Shown here in pieces: positions 11,243-22,957 of a stretch of 35,047 bases of DNA. This stretch comes from Octopus bimaculoides (taxonomy: Eukaryota): assembly GCF_001194135.2 (NCBI RefSeq), contig NC_068983.1, positions 42,589,813 through 42,624,859 of the forward strand, read 5' to 3'. Position numbers and translations under genes: made by a program. How positions within the stretch are numbered: position 1 is the first letter of the stretch; every line of letters starts with the position of its first letter. The notes under the pieces were generated by a model that had not been told where the DNA came from, ran no database searches, and saw only the letters and a list, made by a program, of their open reading frames with translations.

Positions 11243-12687
11243 AGATTTTATATTATATTATATAAGGGAGTTACTTGATTACATCAACCCCAGTGTTCGA
11301 ATGGAACTCATTTTATTGACCTTGAAATAATGAAAAGCAAAGTCAACCAAAAGTAAATTTGAATTCAGAATGTAAAAAGCTGGCAGAAATACTTCAAAGC
11401 ATTTTGTCTGAAATGGTAGCTCACTGCCTTGATGAGAATAAAAAGAATAATAATGGCAATAATAATATAACAATCACAACAATAATGCATACACATGCAC
11501 ATGTCATGCCAAATAAGAAAACAAGAAAAACAGATATGGATTTAAAAAAGAGGCCGTTTAAATTTTAGCAGAAAGGCATCAATTCATAAATGAAAAACAA
11601 AGAAAAACATGCTGAAGAATGTCAGGATTCAACAGAGCAGACATGAAGTCTGCGGACAATGCAATTGGAAAGAGTAATACAAAGGTTGAAGAGAAACTTG
11701 TAGATCCATTTTTCAGACCATCTCATTAGTGTTGGACAAAATACAATTCTAGAAATGAATCTGTGAATGTAGAGACAACCAAATACAGTTTTTGAGCTTA
11801 ATTCCAATGCTGAACAAATTTTGCCTTCAACAAGGTTCTTAGTAATAATAAAAAGATAACACACACAAATAAACTGTCATTCAATCCCATGCTGATTGGA
11901 GGGGTTGGATGGTTTGACAGGAGCTGGCAATCTAACTGAATGCCCTTCCTAATGTCAACCACTATACAAGGTTTACTGGGCACTTATGTGCCACTAGCAC
12001 AGGAGCATTTTACATGGAGCCAGCTCAGATAATTTTTACATGGTGCCAGCACAGGTACTTTTTAATGTGCCTTTGAGTGTGTCAGCAGCATTAATCTTAT
12101 GCTTGCCTTTTTCATATTGCCATGGATTGGATGAGAGTTTTTAAGGCAATATTCTACAAGATGTCCCAACTGATACCGAGACTTGCTTGTTTTTAAGTAA
12201 GGTACCCTACATCCACTAGTTTTCCTTCATGCATCAAACCACTTAGCTATCAGACAGCCTGTTTGCTGCTTAAAACTTTCAACCCAGCTAGTACATATTT
12301 GTACCAGTCAAAAATGTTACAACCTATGTCATGCAGCATAGTGCCACTCTGGATTTTCTGGCATGTAGCGCCAGATGTATAAACAGAGTGTATAACGACA
12401 GCTCAAAAGGCTCGCATGTGCACAAACCCCTCTCCATTACGAACTTGAGAAAAAAAATTTTGAGTTGAAATGGTTAAGCCATGCAAACAAAGGTTTCCAG
12501 ACACACAAGTAACGGTTTTGGGTACAGTTTCTGTTAACACAATTTCACTCAAAAGGCACTGGTCAACCCAAAGCTATAGTACATGATACTACAGTAGAAA
12601 ACATGTCCAAGATATCACACAGTTGGACTGAATTTCAAACTACATGGTTAGGAAGCTAACTTCTCCCCCACACAGCCATGTATATAT

Positions 12688-13155
12688 CATCATCATCATC
12701 AACATTTTAATGTCTGGTTTTCCATGGGCCAGAAAAATTCATGGAGGTAGATTGTCAATAGCTGAATGCTCTTCCTGCAGCTAACCCTCACCTGTTTCCA
12801 AGCAATGTAACATTTTCCTTTGTACTTTGAATGGCCAGTATAATGGCCAGATATGTTTCTATGGAAGAATGCAAGCATATGGTACTGCTAATATGACAGT
12901 TACATTTGTCTACACATGGTGTGATTTCATACATACATACATTTCATAGTTACATGCACAGATATACACCCATAATGAGTTTTGCTATACACATATGGGC
13001 TTCTTTCAGTTTCCAGCTACCAAATTTACTTATAAGGCATTGGTCAACCCAGGGCTAAAGTAGAAGACACTTGCCCAAGGCACTGCACAGTGAGACTGGA
13101 CCCAAGACAACATGGTTGCAAAACAGACTTTTTAACCTTACAGCTATGCCTGCAC
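12688..13155 (-). mobile_element. SINE family B2, full length
   Basis: (CAT)n tail, CCCTCACCTGTTTCCAAG body, (CATA)n linker, B head GAAGACACTTGCCCAAGG. Headless or partial bodies at 10440-10640, 21995-22165, 34565-34740. Confidence 0.7.
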
Positions 13156-13423
13156 ACATATACATACTTATATATATAAAAGATTTTCTCTCTCTCTCTC
13201 TCCCTCTCTGTGTGTGTATAGTGTTCACAGTCAGGTAAAGCAACCATGAGGGCATTATGTGTTGGCAGGATACAGTAGATATATCTACAGTAACCTACCA
13301 ACACTTGGTTGTTTCACCTCCCTGTGAACCCTATGCAATTGTACCTAGATATTTTCTGGCCTCGTATGTGTTGATGTGCCTAGATTCCAATGAATCCTGC
13401 ATCTCTCTCTCTCTCTCCATATC

Positions 13424-13472
<49 letters not shown>

Positions 13473-13839
13473 ACATGTATTATATAAATGCATATACACA
13501 CCCACACACACACATGTTCAAATGTCAAGTATGATATTAAATGCAACAGAAATGAAAAACCTAAATTGTCAAATCACCTGAAAAGCTGAAGCTAAAAGGT
13601 CAGCCCTAACACTCACCCTTAACTTTTCAGCTGGATAAGTGCTGCTGCTTCTGATGATGATGATGATGATGATGATAGCAGAAGATAAAATCAGCCAGAA
13701 ATATTTTTAGGGATGTCTTCTAGAATCAAAAACTAATCCAACTTTCTCATATTTTTGTAACCTACAAGTATTTATCACCACCATCATCATCATCAACGGC
13801 CATATCATGTCAGAGACTTGTTAACTACATTGTTTCCTT

Positions 13840-14082
13840 AAAATACACTATTTTGAGCGTGGCCGTTGCCAGTACCTCCTGACTGGCCTTCGTGCCGGTG
13901 GCACGTAAAAGCACCCACTACACTCTCGAAGTGGTTGGCGTTAGGAAGGGCATCCAGCTGTAGAAACTCTGCCAGATTAGATTGGAGCCTGGTGCAGCTA
14001 TCTGGTTCACCAGTCCTCAGTCTAATCGTCCAACCCATGCTAGCATGGAAAGCGGACGTTAAATGATGATGATGATGATGAA
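13840..14082 (+). mobile_element. Family A retroposon, young copy
   Basis: CpG-retaining, near consensus, (GAT)n tail. Confidence 0.85.
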
Positions 14083-14704
14083 GTGGTTGTCTTGGATTAA
14101 AGGGATACTGGCGTCCTTACATTGCTCAGTTGATTTAGGGAGTGAGAGATAGAATGGGACCAAACTGAAAGGCAAAGTTGACTTCAGCAGGATTTGAAGC
14201 CAGTAAAACAAAGTGCCAGTACAAAAATACTGTAAATAATTAATTTGGCGCTCTACCGATTCTGTGGATTGACTGATCTACCTTCTGTTTCAATAAACTA
14301 CTATTGTTCCTGAAAGTTGTTTCTTTTTATATTTACTACAGATTGCTCGAAGCTAACTTTTTTCTGACACCTTAATTCCTGGATCTTACATTTAGATATA
14401 TCATTTAATGTACACAGAATAAAAACACAAGCTACCAATAGTTTTTTTGCTGTGGAAACAAGTGTCTGGACAGATTTTTATATGCCTTGTATCTCCAAAC
14501 AAACTTCAGGCAATAATGGAGACATAAAGTGTGTTATACAAACCTTTCTATACACAGATTTCCACAACCAGAAACCTATTAGAAGCTTGTACCTTTACAG
14601 CGTGTGCATTAAATGATATTTATCTCTCAATGGATGGCGTACGTTTATTGTTGATTTTACCTTAATGGAACTGTAAATTGTGTGTGTGTAGTGAAAAAGT
14701 GATA

Positions 14705-15015
14705 GAAAAATATAACAAAGGTAGAAAATAAATGGGGTTGGTATTAGTTTGATGCTCAGGAAATGGGAATAAAAGAAGTTCGAACATATATTCTTCTTCA
14801 GAATGGTAGGACAGAGAAAGAAAATTATATGTGTGTATAGTTGAAAACAGTACAAAAAATAAAAGACAGAGAGAGGTGACAGAATAACAAACAAGGTGTA
14901 TTTGTTTGATGCTCAGGAACAAATGGAAGAGTCTTTGATGTTTTGAGCCTACACTCTTCTACGGAAAGGAATGAGGAGAGAAAACAGAGATGGGAGTGAG
15001 GGGGAAAAGGAAAAC
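14705..15015 (-). mobile_element. Two tandem Penelope-like terminal repeats (family P1)
   Basis: Two units, each with TTTGATGCTCAGGAA and a hammerhead-like motif (14771-14806, 14933-14968), next to (TG)n(TA)n. Confidence 0.55.
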
Positions 15016-15084
<69 letters not shown>

Positions 15085-15923
15085 CTGTACAATGAAGGCA
15101 GAAACCAGAAACATAAATGAATATAATAAAGAAAGAATTTGTTTCTAGAAAGCTCTGTTCAGTTACAAGCAGCTGAAGAATAAATTAATTCAGAGCAACA
15201 GAATGATTTAAAGCAAGAAACACATCACTCACATTACCAGTTCTATATTTCTAAGAGTGTGTAGGCTTTGGTGTGATTTACTGGAATATCTCTATCTTCA
15301 CATATAATACTATATATGAGTGTGTGTGTGTGTGCATGCGTGTTGTTGCCAGCCAGCAGATATCTTATGCTATTATTCATGCTGTAACAACATTTTCATT
15401 TAGATTTTAATTTAAATATGAAAACTTTTAATATAAGGTAATATCACGTGGGTTGGGCAGGATGTCACTCAGCAAACATTTGTGTTGTTTAGTGATAAAC
15501 AACATGCGATTTTCACTGAAGCACAAGCTGACAGATAGAGTAATTACACCAGTTGAGCAATTGAGTTGCAGGTATAACTTTTAGCCAAACTTAATCCATG
15601 TAGCAATTTACCAAAGACATGTGGCAAATTGGATAATTTTTTTTTATTTACGATTGTTATAGTATATTCATTTATTATATATTACTATCACCATTTCATT
15701 CCAAGTTCTGTGCTGGTAAAGGAAGGCTGATGTGAAAGATCGGTCGGTTCCATTGACTGCATTGTGTCCCAGTGTTTGCTTCAGCGTGATTTCTGTTGCT
15801 ACATGACCTTTCTTACACCAACCATTTCACAGAGTGTACCAGAGGCTTTCATTTTTTTTTTTTTTTTCAACAGCACTATTACATATTACTCTTGCCATCA
15901 AAATAATTATAATAATAATAATA

Positions 15924-16420
15924 AATGCCCGGATGCAATACCAGGCATTGGCTCTCATGGCTTCTGATCTTATCTAATTGGTAGTGTTAACATGTACTTG
16001 TTCTGTCCTGGTGTAAAAGATGGGTTATAACAAATATTCTGCCCAATACTGCAGATTTGCTTGTCAGTTGCTTCACCGTAACCAGTTGAGCATGTTCTTT
16101 AATGGCTGATGATATGTGCATCTCTAATCAAGAGCAGAAGTAGTGGGGGAGCAGCATAGCTGTGTGCTGAAAGGAATTGTTTGGGGTTGGAATAATTCAC
16201 CCCTGGAACTATGGGCGTTTCACACATCATCCTTTAACAACCCTTATTCAGGGACCATTTGAGTAGGATAAGCTACTTGACCTGAAGAAAATTCTAACTG
16301 GGCCCCACTTGCAAGTCATGCACATTTGGTCATGATGTATGTGCCGTCATGATAGGTATATCGGGTTTTGTATATTTGTATCCCAGCGTTACTTTCATGG
16401 CATGTGCTGCTCTCTCACTC
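15924..16420. mobile_element. ~500-bp interspersed element embedded in an (AAT)n microsatellite
   Basis: (AAT)n on both sides (15910-15923, 16421-16435). Base composition differs from the flanks. I recognise it as a common octopus repeat; class unresolved. Confidence 0.6.
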
Positions 16421-16544
16421 AATAATAATAATAATTTCATAGTTACATATCAATCTTCATAGATTCAGTTAAAGTAGTTGTACTTGAAAATAACCAGCAC
16501 TTGTATAACAATACAGAAGACAATGTTATACACAATATATACAT

Positions 16545-16769
16545 TTAACCCTTTTGCATTTAAACTGGCCATATCCACTGAAATACAACCTGTTTTGCAT
16601 TCAAACCAGCAAGATCTGGCCTATCAAACCTACCTCACAATGTCATTCTAAAAATAAGCAAACACATCATCAAAATTTCGAAGTTATGAGATAATGCATG
16701 ATAAATTCAAAACAATGTGAATAAATAAGCATTACATTTGACAGAGTAATTGGAATGCTAAAGGGTTAA
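16545..16769. mobile_element. piggyBac-like MITE family D, intact
   Basis: TTAA-CCCTTTTGCATT ... AATGCTAAAGGG-TTAA. Confidence 0.85.
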
Positions 16770-17343
16770 TATAAAATAAAATATAATATCAGACAGTACG
16801 GATAAAGAAGTAAAATAGAATTTATAAAGTGGTAAAAGAACAAAACAGAAGGAAAAGAAACCGTGTGGCAATGTTACTTGCACGAAGCTAAAATGGAACT
16901 GAAGAAGAGCAAAAAAGAGAGACAGAGATAGCTGAAGGATCTGAGAAGATGGGAAATAGATATTGGAAGTCCATCGTTCTACAAGAATAAAAGGGGTATC
17001 ATGCATCTTAACTGTGCATTGTTACTTACACATTGCATCTTGACCTGGATGGAATTGCAAGCAGGAAAAATAAAATATACAACTGATAATAATGGGCAAA
17101 TATTGTCTCTGAGTGCAATAAAAAAGATAGTTTTTGGTTTTATGGTATGGTTCATTTAGGGAGTTAAAGCTTAAAGTCAAGGGTTAAAACATTGTAAGTA
17201 AGATATAAGATTTTGCAAATGTATTCTTTTTTTAACTGCAAATGTGAGAATTCATTAATTAAACACACACACACTCAGAAAAAAGCAGGCATTAAATTTT
17301 ACCCCAAAAATTTTCAAGGATTTCAAAAACTGAAGTTCCTGTA

Positions 17344-17402
<59 letters not shown>

Positions 17403-17520
17403 CATAGTTGAATGTTTAAGAAGTCCACTTTGTGACCATGTGGGTTCAGTCCCACTGCACAGTACCTTGGGCAAGTGTCTTCTGCTACAGCCATGATCCA
17501 ACAAATGCTTTGTGGACACA

Positions 17521-17835
17521 GTAAGACGACCATTTCATATACATCACCATTATCCTATATGCATGTGTTAAGAGAGAACCATGTACATCCTCCACGTGAC
17601 TGAAAGTGGACTAACAATTTCCAATAAAATAAGAACTGTGTGAAGTCAGGGGCAGGTGACAGTGTTGGTTGACCGTATGGGTTACTGTATTAGAGCAACA
17701 GGTGCTGGTTTAATATCGTACCTACATTCGAGTAGTGTAGAGTGCATTCCAGGTAAACATAATTCTGCGATTTGTTATTTTAGATAACCACATCCAAATA
17801 TTTATTTGGGTAACCCGATATGTACACACACGCCA
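17521..17835 (-). mobile_element. Possible 5' end of a decayed Tc1/mariner element
   Basis: Minus strand: TA..TCGGGTTACCCAAATAAA (TIR-like), then a decayed start ATGGTTCTCTCT...AATGGTCGT, cut by a SINE. Resemblance only. Confidence 0.3.
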
Positions 17836-17978
17836 TAACAGTATGTTAAATAATAATTTAAAATTTGGATATACGCTTTGCAGTATGCCATTTTGAGCCA
17901 GCGAATGGGCATTAAACGGCATACCTCATGTCATCAACAGAGTGAATATATATATATATGTCGCTTATATATATATAA

Positions 17979-18214
17979 GGGCGGCGAGCTGGCAGAATCG
18001 TTAGGGCACCGGGCGTAATGCTTAGCGGTATTTCGTCTTCCGTTATGTTCTGAGTTCAAACTCCGCTGAGGTCGACTTTGCCTTTCATCCTTTCGGGGTC
18101 GATAAATTAAGTACCAGTTATGTACTGGAGTCAATGTAATCGACTTAATCCCTGTGTCTGTCCTTGTTTGTTCCCTCTATGTTTAGCCCCCTGTGGGAAA
18201 TAAGAAAATAAGAA
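17979..18214 (+). mobile_element. SINE family C, young full-length copy with probable TSD
   Basis: A box TGGCAGAATCG, B box GTTCAAACTCC, core GTCGACTTTGCCTTTCATCCTTTCGGGGTCGATAAATTAAGTACC, A-rich tail. ATGTCGCTT occurs on both flanks (17958-17966, 18224-18232). Confidence 0.9.
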
Positions 18215-18234
18215 TATATATGTATGTCGCTTGA

Positions 18235-18445
18235 TTCGCTTCAAGAATTCCTTCATATCTGTAGAATTTACGAAATATGAGAGTAAAGAAATTAAATTCA
18301 TGAAACTCTTTATTATTCACTACAATTGTTTCGACCCATTGTGCATCAGTGTCTTGTGGCTGAGATGCTGTGCAAACAGTCGTGGTGCATCACAGGTGCA
18401 CGTGTGTTCTCAGGTGACTTATCAAAAGGGAACTTGTTTATTAAT
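18235..18445 (-). mobile_element. Penelope-like terminal repeat remnant (family P2)
   Basis: Hammerhead-like CTGATG...GGTC-GAAAC-AATT-GTA followed by AATAAA. Confidence 0.5.
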
Positions 18446-19035
18446 CTCTGTTTTGCTCATTTCAATTAGAATACATTTTGGCAGAAAAGTTGACCTTGGA
18501 CAAATTTGAACTCAGAACCATAAAGCCGGAGAAATGCTGTTAACATTGTCCCCAACATGCTAACAATTCAGTAAGCTTACCATAACAATAGCAGTGGCAA
18601 CAACAACAGCAATGACTTTAATGCTATATGTAAAATATTCATGTTGAACTCAGCAAGACAATAAATATTGGCAGAATTCTTCCTTCTTGAACAAAAAAAT
18701 AATCTTATTCATTACTTTCCAAATTTGAAGAACAGCATAAACCAGAACAATATTTTCCTTCGATAATTTTAGATTTCATTTATGAGATTTGAAGAGATTC
18801 TGGAATTGATTTTATCTGAGAATGTTTCTATAAGAGAAAATGGTGTTTCAATTACAAAAGGAGGCAAGTTTGATGGTTAGTGTCTTGCCAGTCAAAAGTT
18901 TAAATGTATAAGCAGTCAATTTTGATTGTTTCCTCAGGGATCCAATAAAGAACGAAAAACTTTTTTATTCCCTCGACTAGTTTCCTTGATTTCAAAAGCC
19001 TTATTTTGGTCATGCCATAAGTGTATGTAAGTGTA

Positions 19036-19076
<41 letters not shown>

Positions 19077-19770
19077 NNNNNNNNNNNNNNNNNNNNNNNN
19101 NNNNNNNNNNNNNNNNNNNNNNNNNNNNNNNNNNNNNNNNNNNNNNNNNNNNNNNNNNNNNNNNNNNNNNNNNNNNNNNNNNNNNNNNNNNNNNNNNNNN
19201 NNNNNNNNNNNNNNNNNNNNNNNNNNNNNNNNNNNNNNNNNNNNNNNNNNNNNNNNNNNNNNNNNNNNNNNNNNNNNNNNNNNNNNNNNNNNNNNNNNNN
19301 NNNNNNNNNNNNNNNNNNNNNNNNNNNNNNNNNNNNNNNNNNNNNNNNNNNNNNNNNNNNNNNNNNNNNNNNNNNNNNNNNNNNNNNNNNNNNNNNNNNN
19401 NNNNNNNNNNNNNNNNNNNNNNNNNNNNNNNNNNNNNNNNNNNNNNNNNNNNNNNNNNNNNNNNNNNNNNNNNNNNNNNNNNNNNNNNNNNNNNNNNNNN
19501 NNNNNNNNNNNNNNNNNNNNNNNNNNNNNNNNNNNNNNNNNNNNNNNNNNNNNNNNNNNNNNNNNNNNNNNNNNNNNNNNNNNNNNNNNNNNNNNNNNNN
19601 NNNNNNNNNNNNNNNNNNNNNNNNNNNNNNNNNNNNNNNNNNNNNNNNNNNNNNNNNNNNNNNNNNNNNNNNNNNNNNNNNNNNNNNNNNNNNNNNNNNN
19701 NNNNNNNNNNNNNNNNNNNNNNNNNNNNNNNNNNNNNNNNNNNNNNNNNNNNNNNNNNNNNNNNNNNNNT
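19077..19770. other. Assembly gap (N run)
   Basis: N run between (TG)n and (TA)n. Confidence 1.
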
Positions 19771-19819
19771 ATATATATAGTTCAAAAAAACAATAACAAA
19801 AAAAACAAAAAACAACAAA

Positions 19820-19975
19820 GTGAGGACGTGATATGGATAGTATTATTGGACGCTCAGGAAAGGAAAGAGAGAGTGTATGACGTTTCGGGCGTAGCCCTTC
19901 GTCGGAAAGATGGAAAGTTCAGAGAATGGAAGAACGGAGAAAGAGGAAAATGGTACCGATGCCCACGAGGTTACA
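19820..19975 (-). mobile_element. Penelope-like terminal repeat (family P1), best-preserved copy
   Basis: CTTT-CCGACGA-A-GGGC-TAC-GCCC-GAAAC-GTC at 19909..19879; CpG-rich. Confidence 0.6.
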
Positions 19976-20382
19976 TTATATATATATATTGTAGAAGCAT
20001 GAATCAAAATTATGTAAATTAAATTCATATATATTTATTAAGCCCTAGACTCAACGAGCATGAATTTCTCTGTTTTATTTTTCAGAAAATGTTTCAGGTT
20101 CTCAACTCTATCCAAAATGATTCTGGATAGAGTTAAGAATCAGCTTCCACACCCATTGAAACTTTTTGTGAAAAATAAAACAACACTCCCCTCTTCTTAG
20201 CCTCCACCTACCGTGCCATCAGTAGCCTTATCTTATCATGCATTGTATGTTCTCCTCCAACAACGCAAAAACGCTTCCACTCCCTGGTCTTTTGCATATA
20301 GCTCTATAAAAACACTCATTAGAAAAACACAGGACATGTGAGCCTCTTTAGAAATTTATTTTCCCTGATGAAGGAGGTGGCT

Positions 20383-20703
20383 GGGTTCCTTTCGAGTGTT
20401 AGGCCTCACGGAGGCAATTGCTGAGACCTTTGGCATTATGCCGTGCTTGAGAGGAAGACCCATCAAGCTGAGCAAAATCACAGTTGCGGTGGTTACTGGT
20501 GTCACGCAAATGGTACACATTCCGGTGGCACATAAAAGCACCCATTACACTGTCGGAGTGGTTGGTGTTCGGAAGGGCATCCAGCCATAGAAAATCATGC
20601 CAAATCAGACTGGAGCCTGGTGCAGCCTTCTAGTTTACCAACCCCAGTCAAACCGTCCAACCCATGGCAGTAAGGACAACGGACGTTAAATGATGATGAT
20701 GAT
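20383..20703 (+). mobile_element. Family A, long form
   Basis: 5' extension collinear with 32900-33245; (GAT)n tail. Followed by a B head at ~20712-21010. Confidence 0.8.
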
Positions 20704-22161
20704 ATTTGGTTACAGGCATGGCTGAGTTGTTTAGAAGTTTGCTTTGCAATTGTATAGTTTCAGGTTCAGTTCCAGTGTATGGCACCTTGGATGTCTTCTA
20801 CAATAACTTCGGCCCAACCACTGCCTTCTGAGTGAATATGGCAGATGGAAATTGCATGGAAGCCCGTTGAGAGTGTATGTGTGTCTGGTGTGTGTGTGTG
20901 TGTGTGTACGTACAAATATGAGTATGTCTTTGTGTGTGTGTGTGTGTGTGTGTGTGTTTATACCTTACCACCATCATTCGACAACTGATGTCAGTTTCTA
21001 GTGATGACAGCTATAAAGGTATTAATCAATTATGATGCTCGTTAAGGGATTTCATTCTGAAGGTAAAACTAGATTTGATTTCTCATTCTCGAAACGGAAT
21101 ACCAAGACATTGATCAAATTCAATATCCTCTTGAATTATTATACATAATGCATTTATTAATACATAAAAATAACGAGCAATAAATTAGAACAACAAAGTT
21201 AACAACAGTCATTAACAAAAGGAACTCAAGAAATAAAAGAAATCAATATAAAAAAAAGTAAATGTATTGAAATGTCTGATCAACATTTAGGTAGGGTCTT
21301 CACTTAATAAAATTCTTGGGGGGGGGGGTAAAGGAGTCTGATGTTAGATTGATTATGTGATGGAATAGTGGGTGTCTGTGAGTGAGTAGGTAGGGTGATG
21401 ATAGTGGTGAGGTGTCTGTGTGGGGGGGGGGGCAGGATCAGATAGGATGGATGTTCAGTTCTAATTCATGGCAGAAGTTTAATTGTTGCCCAAATTTAAT
21501 GAAATGATGGAGAATAATTTAATTATGTTTGATTCATAAACGGCCGTAGCATCATTGATAGCTTTGTTGTGAGTGATTAGGGAAGAAGCACTGAGAGAGA
21601 TGAAGAGAGCGAGAGAGGAAAAGCGTGAGATGAAAAAGAGAGAAGAAAAAGAGAAGAGAGAGTAAAAAAAAGAGAAGGAGAAAGAGAGAGAGAGGGGAAA
21701 GAGTAAGAAGATAAAGAGACGGAAGAAAGAAAGAGAGGGAGGGAAGAAAGAAAGAGTGAGTGAAGAAAAAAGGGGAGAGAAAAGAAAGGAAAAAGGAAGA
21801 GAGATAGAAAGAGTGTGTGTGTGTGTGTATTTTGAAAGATTTGTAATTAAATCAGAGTTCAAGTGGATTTCAAAATGCACACTTGTTGGATAATTCTAAT
21901 TCCTCTGATCCTATCTTTGGTATGTAAATGCAATCCTGGTGTGTAGGCATTGTCATAGTCTGTGCAGTAAATCTGGAAAAATTGCAAATCCACATCATCA
22001 TTTTCTATGTTTGGATGCATTTCCTGTCACCAACCCTTGCAAGTAAGGTAATATTTCCTCATGCCCAGACATTTCTTCACAGAAGGTTGAAAATGAAGGA
22101 CACTGCTTGTTTGACAGTGGCACTCATTTACAACTATCATGTGATGTCAAGACAGGAAGGC

Positions 22162-22237
<76 letters not shown>

Positions 22238-22675
22238 NNNNNNNNNNNNNNNNNNNNNNNNNNNNNNNNNNNNNNNNNNNNNNNNNNNNNNNNNNNNNNN
22301 NNNNNNNNNNNNNNNNNNNNNNNNNNNNNNNNNNNNNNNNNNNNNNNNNNNNNNNNNNNNNNNNNNNNNNNNNNNNNNNNNNNNNNNNNNNNNNNNNNNN
22401 NNNNNNNNNNNNNNNNNNNNNNNNNNNNNNNNNNNNNNNNNNNNNNNNNNNNNNNNNNNNNNNNNNNNNNNNNNNNNNNNNNNNNNNNNNNNNNNNNNNN
22501 NNNNNNNNNNNNNNNNNNNNNNNNNNNNNNNNNNNNNNNNNNNNNNNNNNNNNNNNNNNNNNNNNNNNNNNNNNNNNNNNNNNNNNNNNNNNNNNNNNNN
22601 NNNNNNNNNNNNNNNNNNNNNNNNNNNNNNNNNNNNNNNNNNNNNNNNNNNNNNNNNNNNNNNNNNNNNNNNNNN
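22238..22675. other. Assembly gap (N run)
   Basis: N run after (CA)n. Confidence 1.
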
Positions 22676-22926
22676 TTTTTTTTATTATTATTTTAACAGC
22701 TATATTTTTATCTTATTTATTTACTTATTTTACTTTCTTCAGTTTCCTATTCAGATGCTTCTTCAGAAAAATTTAATATCATTTGCTGTTTCCAATAATC
22801 TTTCACGCATGTTTTCAATCTGTTTCTAATCAGGTTATGTCTGTCAGTGAAGAATCCAGTGTGTGTGTGTGAGAGAGAGAGAGAAAGAGAGAGAGAAAGA
22901 GAGAAAGAGAGAGAGAGAGAAAGAGA

Positions 22927-22957
<31 letters not shown>

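Noticed and set aside
11622-11864. 80-aa minus-strand ORF in unique-looking DNA
   Set aside because: No motif, no convincing splice pair, and a length expected by chance.
16104-16112. Other CTGATGA matches as hammerheads (also 10996, 13652, 20365)
   Set aside because: No downstream stem II plus GAAA on the same strand.
20396-20590. Same ~60-codon ORF open here and at 32937-33125 as a conserved micropeptide
   Set aside because: Both are copies of one repeat and amino-acid changes are abundant, so shared ancestry explains it without selection.
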